A stretch of 64,000 nucleotides of DNA from Klebsormidium nitens (Eukaryota; Plantae; Klebsormidiophyceae). Positions 12,857 to 26,700 of the stretch are shown piece by piece. The notes below the pieces were generated by a model. The model searched no databases and had not been told where the DNA came from. It saw only the letters and a list, made by a program, of their open reading frames with translations. The position numbers were made by a program, and so were the translations under genes. Position 1 is the first letter of the stretch. Every line of letters starts with the position of its first letter. The stretch is taken from assembly GCA_000708835.1 (NCBI GenBank), contig DF237281.1:37235-101234 (forward strand), in the 5' to 3' direction.

Positions 12857-15800
12857 TCAATCCAGCCAATCGTCCTCCTCGTCCTCGTCTTCCTCATCGT
12901 CGTCGCTGTCTTGCATGGCCTGCATATGTCATGCTTGCGAACGTCATGCTTGCCCAATACGTCAACAACGAAACCGGACCGCAAGAATGCCTTTCCAAGC
13001 AAGAGCTGCTGATAAGATACTTCTATTAAGATTGTCAAGGCGACTCCTTACCTCAGATCAAATTAGACTCGAGTCAAGCCTTGACATCCCTATTCTTGAC
13101 GGTGTTGAGCAGTGATTGCAACTCAGGTCAAGCGCTCATACAACAAACATCCTTAATAGTTCCGGCAGAAGTCTCATGCACAACGTTTCTTGGCGGAGCC
13201 AGCAAGCCCGGTGTTAGCTGAAAGGCGGTCAAAAGCGCAACCGGGCACAAGCGGACGCGAAAATCAAAAACAAGACGGTCACGTACCTGCCGGATGGCGT
13301 TTGCACGTTCCAGAATCGAAGCGACATTGATGTCGGTGACGGGCCGGCTGGGCTTCTCCTCCGCCTTCACGGTTTCCGTGCGCCGCAAGTTGACCTGAAG
13401 CAAGAGGGACAAAAGATAAGACACCGTTTGCCGAATTGCTTAAAGTCTCGTTAGCATTACGTCTAGGGTCCACTAATTCGGGGGAGATCCTTCTGAAGAC
13501 TTCGTCCAGCAGAAGACAAACGTTGAGTCTCGAGGTGGCCAGCCAAAATGCGGTGCCCACACTCAAAAAGAACACGGCACTCTTTACTGGTCAATGATCT
13601 CAAACTGTACGACAATCAGGACGTGTTCCTCATTTGATCCACTTTCCTAGTCACCGACATCAGCGTTCATGAAAGAGCCACGAAGACACTGTGGGCCAAA
13701 TACGAGCAGCAACCTAGTTCAAACGCTCTTACTGAGATTCTGTGATGCCTTAAGAATGGAAACGTCTCTTGCACTTGGGGCGCCTCAATGGCAAACTTGG
13801 TGTGCCTAGCTTCCGATGCGATTCCGAAGCTGCGATTAACGTTCTCCCGGCAGCGAACCCCTATCGGAGACAGGCTGCTGACGTACAAGAAATTGGTCCG
13901 ACCATCAGATACGATCCGCTTCCTCACCCCCTTCTTGATCTGTTCCAGCATCACGTTCCGGTCCCCAGTCGGCGCAGCAACGCCCCCACTCCGCTCGTCC
14001 ACCCGTTTCAGCTTGCCCTTGTCGTGCTGCGCAATGGCTTGCATCAAATCGACCGGCCTGGCAGCACCCCCCCGAGACGAAGACGGCCCCGTGATGGTAA
14101 GCGCACCAGGGGCCAGAGGAGGGGGCGGAGGTGGGGGCGCAGACTGAGAGGGCTTCTTGAACGCCCCCAGACTTCCGGGGGGCGGAGGTGGGGGAGGTTT
14201 GGGGGCGGATTTTGCTGTCGGGGGGACGGGTCCTGCCAGCCCACGAGGCTCGGCCGCTCCCCCCCCATTTGTAGAACGGTCTTTTGGAAGGGACGTTTGT
14301 GTAGACAGCCCGCTCGGCCGGTACTCGTCCTCGGTCTCGGGTCGGGGGGGTGTCTGCATCACCCACGGCCGTCGCAGGGGGGACGAGCGCTCAGGCGACG
14401 AGAAGGGGGGGGAGGAGAACCCTCCCGGCGACAGCTCGCGGGGGGGAGACAGGCGGCTCGACGAGCCCATCCTCAACGCTCCCCGCCCCGACGGGGCAAA
14501 TGCCGGCCCTGGGGAATCGAGAACGCTGCGCGAATGCCTGATCGGTCGCGCGGGGGAGTCCATGAATCGCCGCAACTGGCCAGGTTCGTGGAGCGGGGGA
14601 GAGGACGCCTGCGACCAGGGGGGGCTATCGATGTCCACCGTTTCGGGGGGGCTGTCGTCCGCCGGGCCTGCCCCCCCGGAGCTGCGCGAGAGCTCGACGG
14701 CCAGGGACGTAGCCGACGACACCGTGCCGAGCGCCACGGCTGCTCCCGTTTCGGGGGGGTGCGCCTGCTCCTCTAGTTCTTTCTGCATCCGCAGCAGCGC
14801 CTCGAGCCGCGCTTGCGCCTGCTGATACTCTTGTTGCAGTTTCACGAGCCCGGGGTTCATCGGGCTCCCCGGTGCGGAGTCCTCCCCCACTACAGGACTC
14901 CCCGGGACCGACGCCCAGGCTGCGAGACGCCCGTTCTCCTCTTTGTGCTTCGCCGCTGGTGCAACTTGTTCCTCGCTGACGTCTTTGCTGACACCTCTGA
15001 TGACGTCCGCATGATCTGCTGGAGATCTTTCGCCCACCCCGGAAGGCTCCTCCTGTGCAACCTTACCGGACTCTTCTTGCGGCCGCCCCTCTCCGTCGCA
15101 TGCGCTTGCAACCCATTCCGCCTCCAAGTCCGAGAGCTTCCCGACAGACGCCTCCGCAACGCTCGCCTCAACTCCCCCTCGCTCGTCCACTAATCCTGCC
15201 GCGCCCCTTGTTTCGCTTCTTTCATTCGCAAGCGCTCCTTCGGCTTCTCTTCGGATCTGCTCACGCACCCTTGCAGCCTGCGTCACCGAGTCGAACGATT
15301 CCGCCCGGGGGAAAGCATTTTCCGTCTCCCCGTCGCTCTTTCGCGGCGTCTCCCGTCTCGCCTTGGTGCTCCTTCGTCGCGCTCGGGGGATGGCCTGCGT
15401 TTGCGAGGCGGTTCTGCCGTTGGATGTTACGGCCTCGTCCGGGCCGGTCCGCTGGTCGAAGAGAGCGCTCTCTCCTTCTCGATGCACTTTGTCAGGCTCT
15501 GGAACATTCTTAGCGGCTGGCGAATCTTCTGCTACATCCCGAGAAGCCGTTCTTTCCCGACGCGGCTCCTGAGCATCTTGTTCCGCTTCACGGCCAGAGC
15601 TCTCGCCATTGGCTTCAACCAAGTACCCAGCCGTTTTCGCAACTTCGTTGACTTTCCCAATGGCAACGATCTCGTCCTGCGCGACCCCCGTTCTCAACCC
15701 ATTTGCCGGCGCTTTCAGCTCCCTCTCAGCGTTCTTAAAATGAGGCACCTGCGGCACGCTTCTCGAAGCGTCTCCGAGGGACGCGAAGCTGCTTTCTACA

Positions 15801-18800
15801 TAAGGGGAGATGGTCCCCTGCGATGCCGGAGTCGGGGGATCCCCCTCGGACCGGGTTTTTGAGTCACCGGGGACATAGACCGAGTACCGCTGGGAGTCCG
15901 GGGTTTTGGGCTCGTCCGGCACATAAACAGAGTAGCGCTGCGGCTGCTCTGGCAGCTCCGCAGGGGCGGGGCGCTGCGGTGGGGGGGTCGCAGCTGCCTT
16001 TTGTGAGTTGGAGCGAGAGTTGCGGCGTGACCTGCAGGCAAAGGAACGGGGGGGTCGAAGGACGCACGAGGGCACTTTTCACTGGCCGCTGAGATCCCGC
16101 TGAGAACTGTCTTGCTGAGGCAGATGACTTTTCACAGCATACGAGTGTTATCGAAAGCGCTGCGTTGTGGTTGCCAATCGATTTAGAGACGTGACGTTCG
16201 GCTGGGAGTTCTGACGTAACAAGTGGACGACTCTGCGGTGCAAGTGAGAGATGTACGCCACGAAAACTCCCAGCAGAGGCAGACTTTAAGAGAAGGGTGC
16301 TTAAAGTCAACCAACATGGAAGATGGAGACACGTATGGTACATGGCTTGTCCTGAGCGTGTGACCTTACAAACCCAGCCCCGAAAAAGTTCCTGTCCGGC
16401 AATTCTGTTAGAAGGCGGTTTCTGGTACCCCAGAAGCACGGTTTAGGAGTGGGTCCTCACCGGGATGCCTGCCGGACGTAAGCCCCCTCGTTCAGGTCTC
16501 GTAAGCTGCGCTGCTGCCCTAGGTGCTTTGCCTTTCGCTGCACACAAAACGGTGCAGGCATAAGAAAGAGAAGCAGATAGGAAAACCGACTTGCACACTC
16601 CAATCTTCATTTTTGCGAGCGCTACAGCCAGTCAAGCAATGCTTCTGGCGCATTATGAGGCGGTCATCAGTTTCACCCAAGGTTATTGCTTCTTGTAAGT
16701 GCAAACTTGAGGGGTCTTTCACGCATTGTGAAGGGTTATCGTTGGATGCTTTGCACTTCTTAATTGTGGTCTATCTATTGAAGGCACCTACTTGCATCCC
16801 AGCAGTCGAAACACACTGGAATCGATTTGGGCCATGACGGATGCCCCTTGGCAAATGCCCACCCCGTAGTGCGGTCACTGCCCCAATTCAATTAAGCCCA
16901 AAACCTGCTTGGAGGTGCCTGATGCTATTACTTCAAGCCATAAACGACCAGCCTTTGGAGACACTACGAAATCATAGCCTTTTCTGAACAGTGTTCGTTC
17001 CCGCGGATATGAGTGTCATACAGGTCTTCTGAAGAAAGACAGGCTCCTGCGGATCCTCATATTATCATATTCCTGCCTCACCCTCGCTTTCATGGCCTTC
17101 TTCTCCCGCTCTGCCTGCGCCAGCTCGGCCAGCGCCCACTCCCGCTTGAAGAAGTACGGGTCCGAATAGCGCCGCAGGGCACCGCCGTCCGAGGCCGTCC
17201 GGTCAAAGCGGTCCAGCATGTGGAGCGGTGGGGGGGGCTGCGCTTTCATATATGCTTCGCTGATGTAAGGGGGAAGCTCTGAGGATGTGAACAGGGTTTG
17301 GTCCTCATGGGGGCTGGAGTGCCACTTGAGCCCTGAAGGAAAGACAGGTAGAGGGTTGATGGGTTAGTCCGACGAACACCTTGGATAAAGGGTGCTAAAA
17401 GGTTCACTATACGTACCATGCATGTCAAGGTAGAATACAACAGCCGCTAAGCAAAGCTAAGTGGACTCCTTGGCTGGTTTATGGCTTGCATCGTGGTCTG
17501 CTGGTGTTTGAATCTTGAACCTACTGAACAAGACGCAATGGTTATGCCAGCCAGATGGATGTTTATGAAGAATGCAAGAGACAGAGAATGGTCAACAATT
17601 GTACCAGTTCCGCTTCTCATCCTGGCCCTGATAGCTGTAAATGAATCTTGAACAGATGCAACAGACCAATTGTGTCTGTGTCTCAAAGAGGATGTTTAAC
17701 ATGCGTGCGTCCTAGAGCAGATTGACCGTCTCAATGCACTCTTTTCTTCCATTGCCTACATTGCAGTTTTTTCCGCTCTCAGACCCGCTCCAAGCACCCA
17801 GCCATCTTCCGTTTACTTGTTTGCCCACTCGATGTAAGCATGACCTTGCTTCGCCCCAAGAAGAAGCACACCGTATCAAACACTTAACTCAGGTATCCAT
17901 CTCTTGACTTGTTTGCGGCTTTTCCCTCTCAGCGGCTCCTTTATCCAGGAGTCTGTCAAACTTCTACTGGTGGCTACGTGTGCTTTCTTACCGTCATTTG
18001 GAAGTAGCTGCCGTGTGTCCTGCGCAGTGAAGACGCGGATCTCCGCCTCCGGCATGCTCTCCTCTAGCGCACTCGCGCGCGCCGCCATGGCCTCACCGCG
18101 TGCCCCGAGTCGAGACGTTTCAGCATGGAGCTGGGAGAACATGACGGCGGCATAGCTGCAAAAAAGGGGAAACAAAGGGTTAATGTTTGGGCAAAAGAAA
18201 GGGTACTCACCACTTCCAATGCAGTGGCAAAGATGTGTTTGTTGGCATGAGGTAAAAAGTGTTAAGGTGAGGAAGGATGGCGCCATGCAATCGGGTGCAG
18301 ATACATGCAATTCATGTCATTAGGACAAGGGCTGAAACAAAGTGTGGGTAAAAGTGACCCTCGCGTGCTGCATTCATTTACGAACAACGCAGAGTGTGCA
18401 TCAATTGACAAGTTAGCAGCCCATTGAGTTTGCATTTTAACAACAGAAACTCAAGGGAACCCCGTAGAACCATACTCTTTCAGCGGAAGCCAGACGAGAG
18501 GGAAACTGGCTGTACAAGCGCAAGACAAAACATCACCAAAAAGTGTATTTCTGCAGCCGTCTCCAAAGACCAAAGGACCTCCATGTGCAGCGTGGAGTCA
18601 CGTCCAGATCTGAACATAGAAACCAAGCAACTAGTTGGGACCAACATTCAGACACTCACTCGGACAGCTCCCCCAGCTGCCGCACAACTCCCACGAGGTC
18701 CGCAAAGTTGGCTGCTTCCAATAGCGCCCGGGGATCATCCTTCGGAGCCTGACGGTATATATCCGGCAAGGCAAGTGCCTGCTCCTCCTTCAGCCTCAGC

Positions 18801-18814
18801 TTAAGTAGAGGCAT
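12857..18814 (-). CDS. SCAR: SCAR/WAVE Arp2/3 activator; exons ~18814-18660, 18155-17992, 17332-~17022, (possible small exon), 16031-13928, 13394-13287, 12919-12857
   Basis: Spliced N-terminus MPLLKLRLKEEQALALPDIYRQAPKDDPRALLEAANFADLVGVVRQLGELSDYAAVMFSQL and PPPLHMLDRFD..LRRYSDPYFF form the plant SCAR homology domain. Poly-proline region, WH2/connector segments (DLMQAIAQHDKGKLKRV, MLEQIKKGVNLRRT, VASILERANAIRQ) and an acidic tail AMQDSDDDEEDEDEEDDWLD*. Confidence 0.92.
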
Positions 18815-19434
18815 CCTGGCAGTCAGCTCTTCCCCAGATTACACAAGGTAAAGTGGTCAATGCAACGTCTAGTGGGGCTTCCGCAGTCGTTGACAGCAAT
18901 CCTCTATTAGTGGCTGCTCCCCTATACGAGCAATCTTCAAAGGAACTCAAAAGGGGAACCTCCTCATCCTCAGACAGTGCTCCTGCTTGGCTGAAGATTA
19001 GCAAAATTTCGGAAGGTGAATCTGCCGCTTGGTTGGGAACCTAAAGCGTTTGCCCAACGTAGATTCTGCATTGCAAGTCCTCACATTCCTACGGGACTGG
19101 ACTTGCCTAGATTGTTGCTCTCGCTTATGCGTCCATCGCAGATTACAAATGCAGATAGCCACTCAATGTTCCAGCCTCCGAGCAATGCTTACAACACACC
19201 AAATTCACTGTCCCTTCTTCACCCAAGCTGCTTTATTACCCTAAGGCTATAGTAATACTGATCTCATGCAGCTTCAACTTCAAGGCAACACGGTTGCAGC
19301 GTATGCGTCATTGCACAAAGCGATCGCTGCAACAAGAATTGGGGCAGCAACGGACTATAGTCCTGCCAAATGCTGGTTCCTCTGTGTCCTTTGCTTCTAC
19401 CAGCAAAGCATGATGGACCGCGCAGCCATAGGTA

Positions 19435-19698
19435 CCGTACCGGCAAGGGAATTCACCACCTTTTTGTGTGAAAACTTAATTTCGTTCATCTTGAGGTTTC
19501 ACCGGGCGCGTTGAGTTTATATTTTTCATTTCACACAAGCAGGTTTTTTGCTTTTTCCACGATCAAAACACCCCAAAATGATATAGATTCCAGAAAATGT
19601 TGGTTTCACCTTTTCACAGTCGGGGTGACCTTTAATTTTATTTTTTTCGCACTGACCCCAAAATAAATAATAAAAGTTGAATTCCCTTGCCGGTACGG
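19435..19698. mobile_element. MITE, probably Tc1/mariner-type, with TA target-site duplication
   Basis: TACCGTACCGGCAAGGGAATTCA (19433-19455) and its exact reverse complement (19678-19700) enclose an AT-rich, non-coding interior of about 220 bp. TA on both sides. Confidence 0.8.
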
Positions 19699-20741
19699 TA
19701 GATGGATCTTCTGGAGCAATGCAGCGAGCAACAACTTCATGAGCAATGACTCATGAGCAGCTGGCCGTAGAGTCACCGCTTGGACAGCATTGGACAGGCT
19801 GGCGACCATGTTTTACGTAACCCAGCAAAAGGTTCCGCGTTTCTTCGAGTTCGAATCGACTCAGCCCAGGGGGAAATCTTATAGAGAGCACAACGACGAG
19901 AGCGCTGGCTGAGCTTGACCAGACGTACGGTTCGAGTCTCTAAACCTCCTCCTTTCACCCCCGCTCTTCAAATTCAAGAGGCTGATGCATGGGCGTTCAT
20001 TCCAACGAGATCTTCGTTGCAAAGCTTCAACACAAGCGCCTTCACAATGTTGCTATGTTGTTGTACAGCTTTAGGTTGAGTGTTTCATTTTTACAAATGA
20101 ACAGGCCGCTTCACATAGCATAGCATATCACATGCCCCACGCATTTGTGATATCCATGGGGGTGGTGGCAGTTCGTGATAAGTTGACGAGGTTGTGGAGA
20201 TAGTTAGCGCCAATCCCGGCAACCTTGGCGCCATCTATAGGTGAGTTGCAATGCCAGCTTTGCTTGGTGTCAGCGCTTTGCAAAGGAAGGAGGTCCCTCC
20301 TTTTACTCGTCTTGTTTGCAATTGGAAGAGTTTGGTTACGTTTCACCCGCTAACATGTTGTCTGGAAGTTTGAGTGGTGGTGCTTGGGCCTGTGCTTTTG
20401 TTTCTGCACAGTTATGCATACATAGGCTCACGTTATTGTAACCAATGCGAATTTCAGTCACCGATTGGGCCACGACTTCAGATGATTCCAATGTTGTGCC
20501 TGGTGAATGTAAGCTCAGGCCAGATCTCAAACACGCTTCCTCATGCACGGCAAGGCCGCAATGTACTGTTGGGGTTCCTCTAAGAGCTTTTCACTACATG
20601 GCGGTGCACCCAGGGACTTTGATCACCCTTGCATTGGAAGAAGTCAAACTCAGAGTCATTCAATTACATTACACTGATGGCATCGGACACATTGAACTTT
20701 CACTTACAGGATCGTCCAAAGAAATTCTTTTGACCTCTCAG

Positions 20742-23700
20742 ATGGAACTTGAGAGCGAAGCCACCCCAGGACGGGGCCCCTTCTTCAGGGCAAGAAGCCG
20801 CCCCTCCGAGCCCTCCCCCGCCGCTCCCCTCTTCTCCTTCCCAACACCCGTTCAGACTGAGCCGGAGGATGACTTGCTCTCTGAGGACGGGCACCAGTAC
20901 TCCCCCTCCGCAATCACCGAGCGACCGGAGCTTCGCCGGGCTGGCCGCCGGGGGCGCAAGAGCACTGGCTTCGGCGCTTTGATCGGTTCAGGGGGAGAGG
21001 AGGACATGTCTGTGTCTCCGGAACCTGAGCGGGCCAGGGAGTTTCGGGCTGGGGACTCTGTAGTGCCATTCGAAGGCTGGAGGGGAGCTGACGGAGGGCA
21101 GCGAACGCCAGGCAATGCCGCCCCCTGGCATGGAGACGATCATAAAGAGGCCCCCAGCCAACAAGGCACTGCTCGGAAGACCTCTTCTGAGGTGGCGGTC
21201 GTCCGGCACAGGGACGGAGCGCAGCACCAGAGCAGTCGGAATGCCTCCAAGCACAGAGTGCGCAGCGACAATGCGCCGGAGGCATATGCTGCGCTCCTTC
21301 GGCCTGCGCTGAGGGGCGATGCAGAGTTTGCAAGCGTCCTGGGGGGACTGCACGACCTGGCACAGGACCTGGCGGACCGGAGGGGGGAGATGGCGGCTGC
21401 GCAAACAAGGTGGGGGTGCTCATTCCAGGTCACTCGATGTGGCAAATATGTGATAGGGAGTTTGGTGGGGCTTAGTGAAACGGCCTCCTGAGCGCACTAC
21501 GTAGGCTGATTCAAAGTGCTTGGAAGGTTTCCGGTCAGAAACAAAAGGTTTTCTGGTCCGAGGATGCAGTTTAGAATTTAGGCAAACGCTACAGCTTTCC
21601 CCTCCTTATTGTGACCTTTCCAATTTGCCCCTCCACTCCCCAAGTCCATCCTCAATTCTCTTTCCTTTCTGTAATTGTGATCATTGATCGAGCTTCAGTG
21701 AAACAACTCAGAGGCCATACTCAGGGATGCTACGGTTCTTCCAAGTCTTCCTGAGATCCCCCAGCCAACCGACTCCCCCTTCTCGTCAGGTCCATCGAAC
21801 GCCACCTCCTCGAGCACAAGTCCCGCGTGCTCCAATCCGAGGCCGCCACCTGGAGCCTCGTGTGGCACCTGCTGGGCAAGCCGCTGCAGGAGATGCTCTC
21901 AGCGGGCCTTTTGCCGCCCACCTCGCAGCAGGAGGCGTGTGAATACGCCCTGCAAGACGCGCGCGCGCAGGCGTGCATGCGGGTGGTGCAGTGGCTGGAG
22001 GACCTGGCGGGGCAGCAGGTGGACCGGGACGAGAAACGGCATGGGGGGTACGCCGGGCTGCTGCGCCACAGCCAGGGGGTCTGGGTGCGCACCGCACAGG
22101 TGGGGGGGAATACTGACGTGATGTATACTTTGTAGCTTATACATGAAGGAATGAATGTGCTTTTGGAGATAACAGCTTGCTGGTGAGAAAGTCTCTGGGC
22201 TGGTGCTAGGATATGTTTCGCTAGTTGTCCCAAGTGGTCATTATTAACCGATGTCCTAGGTGTGGAGGTTTGGCTGCACGCGCTCTGCAGGGTGGGCCCG
22301 AAGGATTGCAAGGTCTGCGTAGTCCTTTCTTTTCCTTAACGTAGATTCCCTGCTTGACGTCAATACCACTCTATTTCGAAGACAAGGACTGGCTGGTTTT
22401 CTCTCAAGGACAGGCATGTACCTTCCGAAGCTCCATTTCGCCACTACCGACCATCCCTTCCTTCCATTGCCAGGCACTCAAATCCTCCCAGCGCCCCCCC
22501 TCCAACCTGGTCTCACACGTCGACCCCGACGCCCCCACCCGCGAGAACCTCAGGCTGCACCCCCAGGACTCGGAAGACGAGGAACTTCTGATGCGGGGGG
22601 TCTGGACGCTGCTCAAAGCCGGACGCCTTTCGGACGCACGTCAGCTGTGCCGAGATGTCGGACAGGCGTGGCGGGCCGCCAGTCTAGGGGGCACAGGGGA
22701 TGCCGGGCCGGTGCCGTCGGTGGAGGGGTTTAGGGGTTTGACGGGAACGAAGCGGGCGAGAGAGGAGCAGGCGGCGGAGATTGAGGCGGGGCGGGGGCGC
22801 CAGCGGCGCTTGTGGAAGTGGACGTGCTTCTTGGCGTCTGAAAAGGTGGGCTGTCCGGTTGCCGACGACCGACTCTTGTGTGGGGTTAGGGGGATGACTG
22901 AGGAAGGGGATACTCGTCCGTTTGGAAAGTAGTGAAGAGGCTCCTAATCTTTCAGAGCGCGTCCTTTTCCTCTCCGTTTTTTGTTGACCGGACCATGTTC
23001 TATATCAGAAGTGTGTATCCTGGCTGCCGCAGCACCCTTTAGTGCGTGGCCGGAAAGAGTCGGGCCTGAAATGGTCAACGAGAAGCTTTGGAGGGACCTG
23101 GTTCTGATGCACCCAAGCTCTACAAAAAGCTCACCTCCAAGTCTTGATTGTTTCCTCTCTTCTCAATCCAATCAGGTGGGTGGCGAGGGCGGCGAGTCCA
23201 AGTACGAGGCCGCCGTCTACGGCGCCCTCTCCGCCAACACCTCCAAAATGCTCCCGGTCTGCGACACCTGGGAGGCTGCCTGCTGGGCCCTGTTCCGGGG
23301 TTGGCTTGACTCGCAAGTAGACTCAGCACTGGCTGACGCGCACGCAGCAGAGGGCCTCACAGGGCCTTCTCCTTCTCCTGATGAGCTAAGCGGGAGCCAA
23401 GAGAAACGGAGTGCAATCGCGGAGGCGTACAAGAACTCGTCGGCGGCGGGGGGGTGGCCGGCGCCGGTGCTGGCACAGCAGCCGCAGAGCTTTCCGGAGG
23501 TGTTCGAACGGCTGCAGACAAGGTAGGGGATCATTGTCGGGGAGCTGTGATTCATCAAAATGGTCTTAGGGCAAGCTAGTTCCGCTTGAGTTGTTCCATC
23601 TGCAAAGCGACTCTGCATGGGCGATGCGAGGCTGAGTTGAGGTGATGTCGGGAATGACGTTCGGGGGCGAACTTGAGGGGATGGACAGAAGTTCTGGGAC

Positions 23701-26700
23701 GGGTCTTTGGAAGCGGGCCCCCACGTTGATGTGCCAGAGAGTGTTCCTTCAGAACAAACGAAGCAGTTGAACCACATATATATTATACCCAGTGTTACCT
23801 TTTACCGAGGTAATTGCTCTCTTTTCAAAAACCTTTTGTGAAATCTGGTATGGTCTTGGATCGTCTTGTGATAGTAACGACAGCGCGGGTCTTGTCTTGC
23901 ATTAGTTGTTGGAGTGTCCGGAAAAGTTCCCAATATTGGGAATGGTCCTCTTTCCGACTGCAGTCCTCAGCTCCCGGATTCGGTCCAGCGGGCGGGCAAG
24001 GATCAGCAGCGGATGATCCAAACGCTGATCATTCTCCACCGCTGGGGGGAGCTCGTGGACTGCCTCAAGCATTGGGTCGTCACCCCCACCGCGGAAACGG
24101 GCAGGTGGGCTCCCAATAGCCCTCAAGCAGGTTTTATGTGCGAACTGTGCTCAAAGAAGAATCGGTAGTCCACTACTAAAGCAAGAATAAAGGCACCGAC
24201 GGTTGACTTGCGTAGCTTTTGGCTGTTCAAGAGGTTGCTTCACGTTCAATTGTGAAACCAGTATGCGGGTCTGGTTACTTGCGTCTCAGCTTCAAAACGA
24301 GACGGCTTTCAGCTTGCCTGGCCTATCAGCGGTCCCTGCCGCGCGACAGTATAATTCTCGTTTGAGTCGCTATACTTGGAGCAGGGCTCTATGACCCTGC
24401 CTTTCGTAACCTGCTCGTGGTTAAGAAGCCTGGTATTCGCAATGTCATATAGCATTGTGCGGATCAGCCATTAAAGGGCACTGCTGGTCCGCTGCAGGAT
24501 TGGAGCACGTGTTGTTGCACTAGCGGCCGATGCTTTTGGCCCAGAAGACAACTACGCAGAAACCTCACTGTCAATCAAGTTAGCAACCCCCACATTCAAG
24601 ACGTCCTGACTTTCTGAACTTTTGCACAAGGAACTAACTCCGACGACTTTGGTGCGCAGGCCCCGTAGCCAGCCGGAGTTCATCCGGTTCGCGGCCCATC
24701 TAGTGCTGGCGCTACGGAAGGTGCTGCCGCCCGACGAGGACCTTTTCCAGGAGGACCTCCAGCGCACCTGCAACGTCATCATCAACATGTGAGCGGGCGC
24801 GTTCTCAATCATGGTCGACTTGATGTCGGACGATAGTACTTTTTGTACAGCAAGCAAGTTCTTGGGCAGGCTTACTTGCGGAAAGCGGCCTGACGGCGGT
24901 TGGTTCTTCTCACATTATCCTGCGGTGGTTTTCAGCGCTGTCGGGGCCGCGGACTTGTCGCCCGTCACGAAATGGCGGGTTTCGTTTTTCCCCAGGGTTT
25001 AGAAATTCACCTCTGCGGCAGCCTCACTAGTCCTCGTTGACCGTGTCTGTTTGTCGGGATGTGACACGTAGGATTGCCGCAACCTCGCAACTCTTCTGTC
25101 GGGGATCCATTCGCGAATCGACGGGGACGCTGAGTAGAATGAGCTAATGTGTCAAAAGGGAAAGCGCACGGCGCTTCTCAGACAGCTGAAAGTCTCAATG
25201 TTGTTGTTTCGTGCATCGGAAGCCCAATTTGCAGCACTTGTTCCCGACCTTCCATCACCGCTTCTCATCAGAGGGGCCGTGCATCCCTTGGTGACCTGCT
25301 CGTCCATAAACCCACTTAGCCCCTCCTCAATGTGCGGTCTCTACGAAGTTTCCCCTTGACTCATTCATCTTTCCCACTCAGACTGCACAAGCTCTTTCGG
25401 GCTCTGAACTCCGAACTCTCTGGTCCTCAGAAAGCAAGGCTTCGCGTTTTCCTTCTAAGCTTTCAACCCGAAGTGACTTCCTACTCCTGAATATTCAAAG
25501 GATTCTCCATTGTTCCAGGTATGCGGTGCAACTGGTGGCTGAGCAGCAGGAGCACTTGGTGGCCCTCTACGCAGCGCAGCTGGTGGCGTTTGCGCGAGTC
25601 GACCTGTACGCGAATCTGCTGGATATGAAACAGGGGGCCGGGTGAGGGACTCCGTGTCAACCAATCATCTTCTTTGTTCTTTGATCCACTTGAAATCATC
25701 CACAAATTTCTGGACCGTTTGGACTGGTGGTTCTCCATGTGAAAAGGATCAGGGCCTAGGCATGGTGTTGTCGGTCTGGGGTTGCCAAGCCACAAGTTTT
25801 CCGGAGCGGAGTCCGGAAATCGTCAACCGTATCGTTCGATATGCTCCCCATCTGCAGTTAGTGAGGTTCCGCGAACTCGGGGAGGCATTTGTCTGCCTTT
25901 CCCCGGAACGTGACGAGTATCCAACCACCACAAGGTCTGACATGTTGGCAAACTGTATGGGCGAGAAAATCCTGTGAACCAGGTCGAGACTTCTTCTGGA
26001 AGTCGTGTGCCGATCTGCTCAAACGGAAGCCTCTCTTATCTGCAGATTGGAGGTGAAGCAACGGATCTTCGAGGGGGCGCTGCAGGAGCTTGACTTCAGC
26101 GGAGAGGGCTCCGTGTGCCAAATACTGGACAGGTAAAGATTGTGCCGAAAAGTTTGACATCAAAAGGACGGGCGGAAGGCTTCAATCGAACTGACGAGCG
26201 GCAGGGTTGCAACACGAAGCCAGCAAATGAACTTCTCCCTCAGGACGGCTGCTGTCATGCCAAGCTCGTTGGACCGTTGGTATTGCGGTGTAGACGTCTT
26301 GCCTGGTGTATCTTCCCGATCAACATTTGGACGTATTTTGGATCGAACGAGATGATTCCTTAGACTTCTGAACACTTTCGTAACGCTGCAGAGTCTTGGT
26401 CGAGTCACGTGCTGACCAGGATCCCCCAGAAGGTGTTCCCGCTGCCGAACATTTGTCGTTGGAGGCATTCCGCCGGACCCGCGCCATGGACTGGCTCTTC
26501 CTGCCGGTTCCGGTGCAATGGGCGGAATGCCGGCCGGAACTCACGGCGAAGGCCCTGCTGCACGGGTGAGTCGCATTGGCAAGGCCTCGTCGCAGTTGAG
26601 ATATCGTCGAAGAGCGATTGACAGGGCCTTTGACGAGTTCACTGGCTTGAACACGGGACTCGGTCGACGGTCTTAGCAGTGCAAGTTTGCGGGGCAGCGG

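Noticed and set aside
13287-14060. Two WH2-like segments in SCAR as a novelty
   Set aside because: Land-plant SCAR C-termini, as I recall them, contain both segments (AVAAHD..K and LLxQIR..NL), so this is the normal plant layout.
416-16092. Long antisense and alternate-frame ORFs overlapping the Agenet, WD40, DAO and SCAR exons
   Set aside because: Expected shadow ORFs in GC-rich coding DNA, with low-complexity Pro/Arg/Ser translations and no domains.
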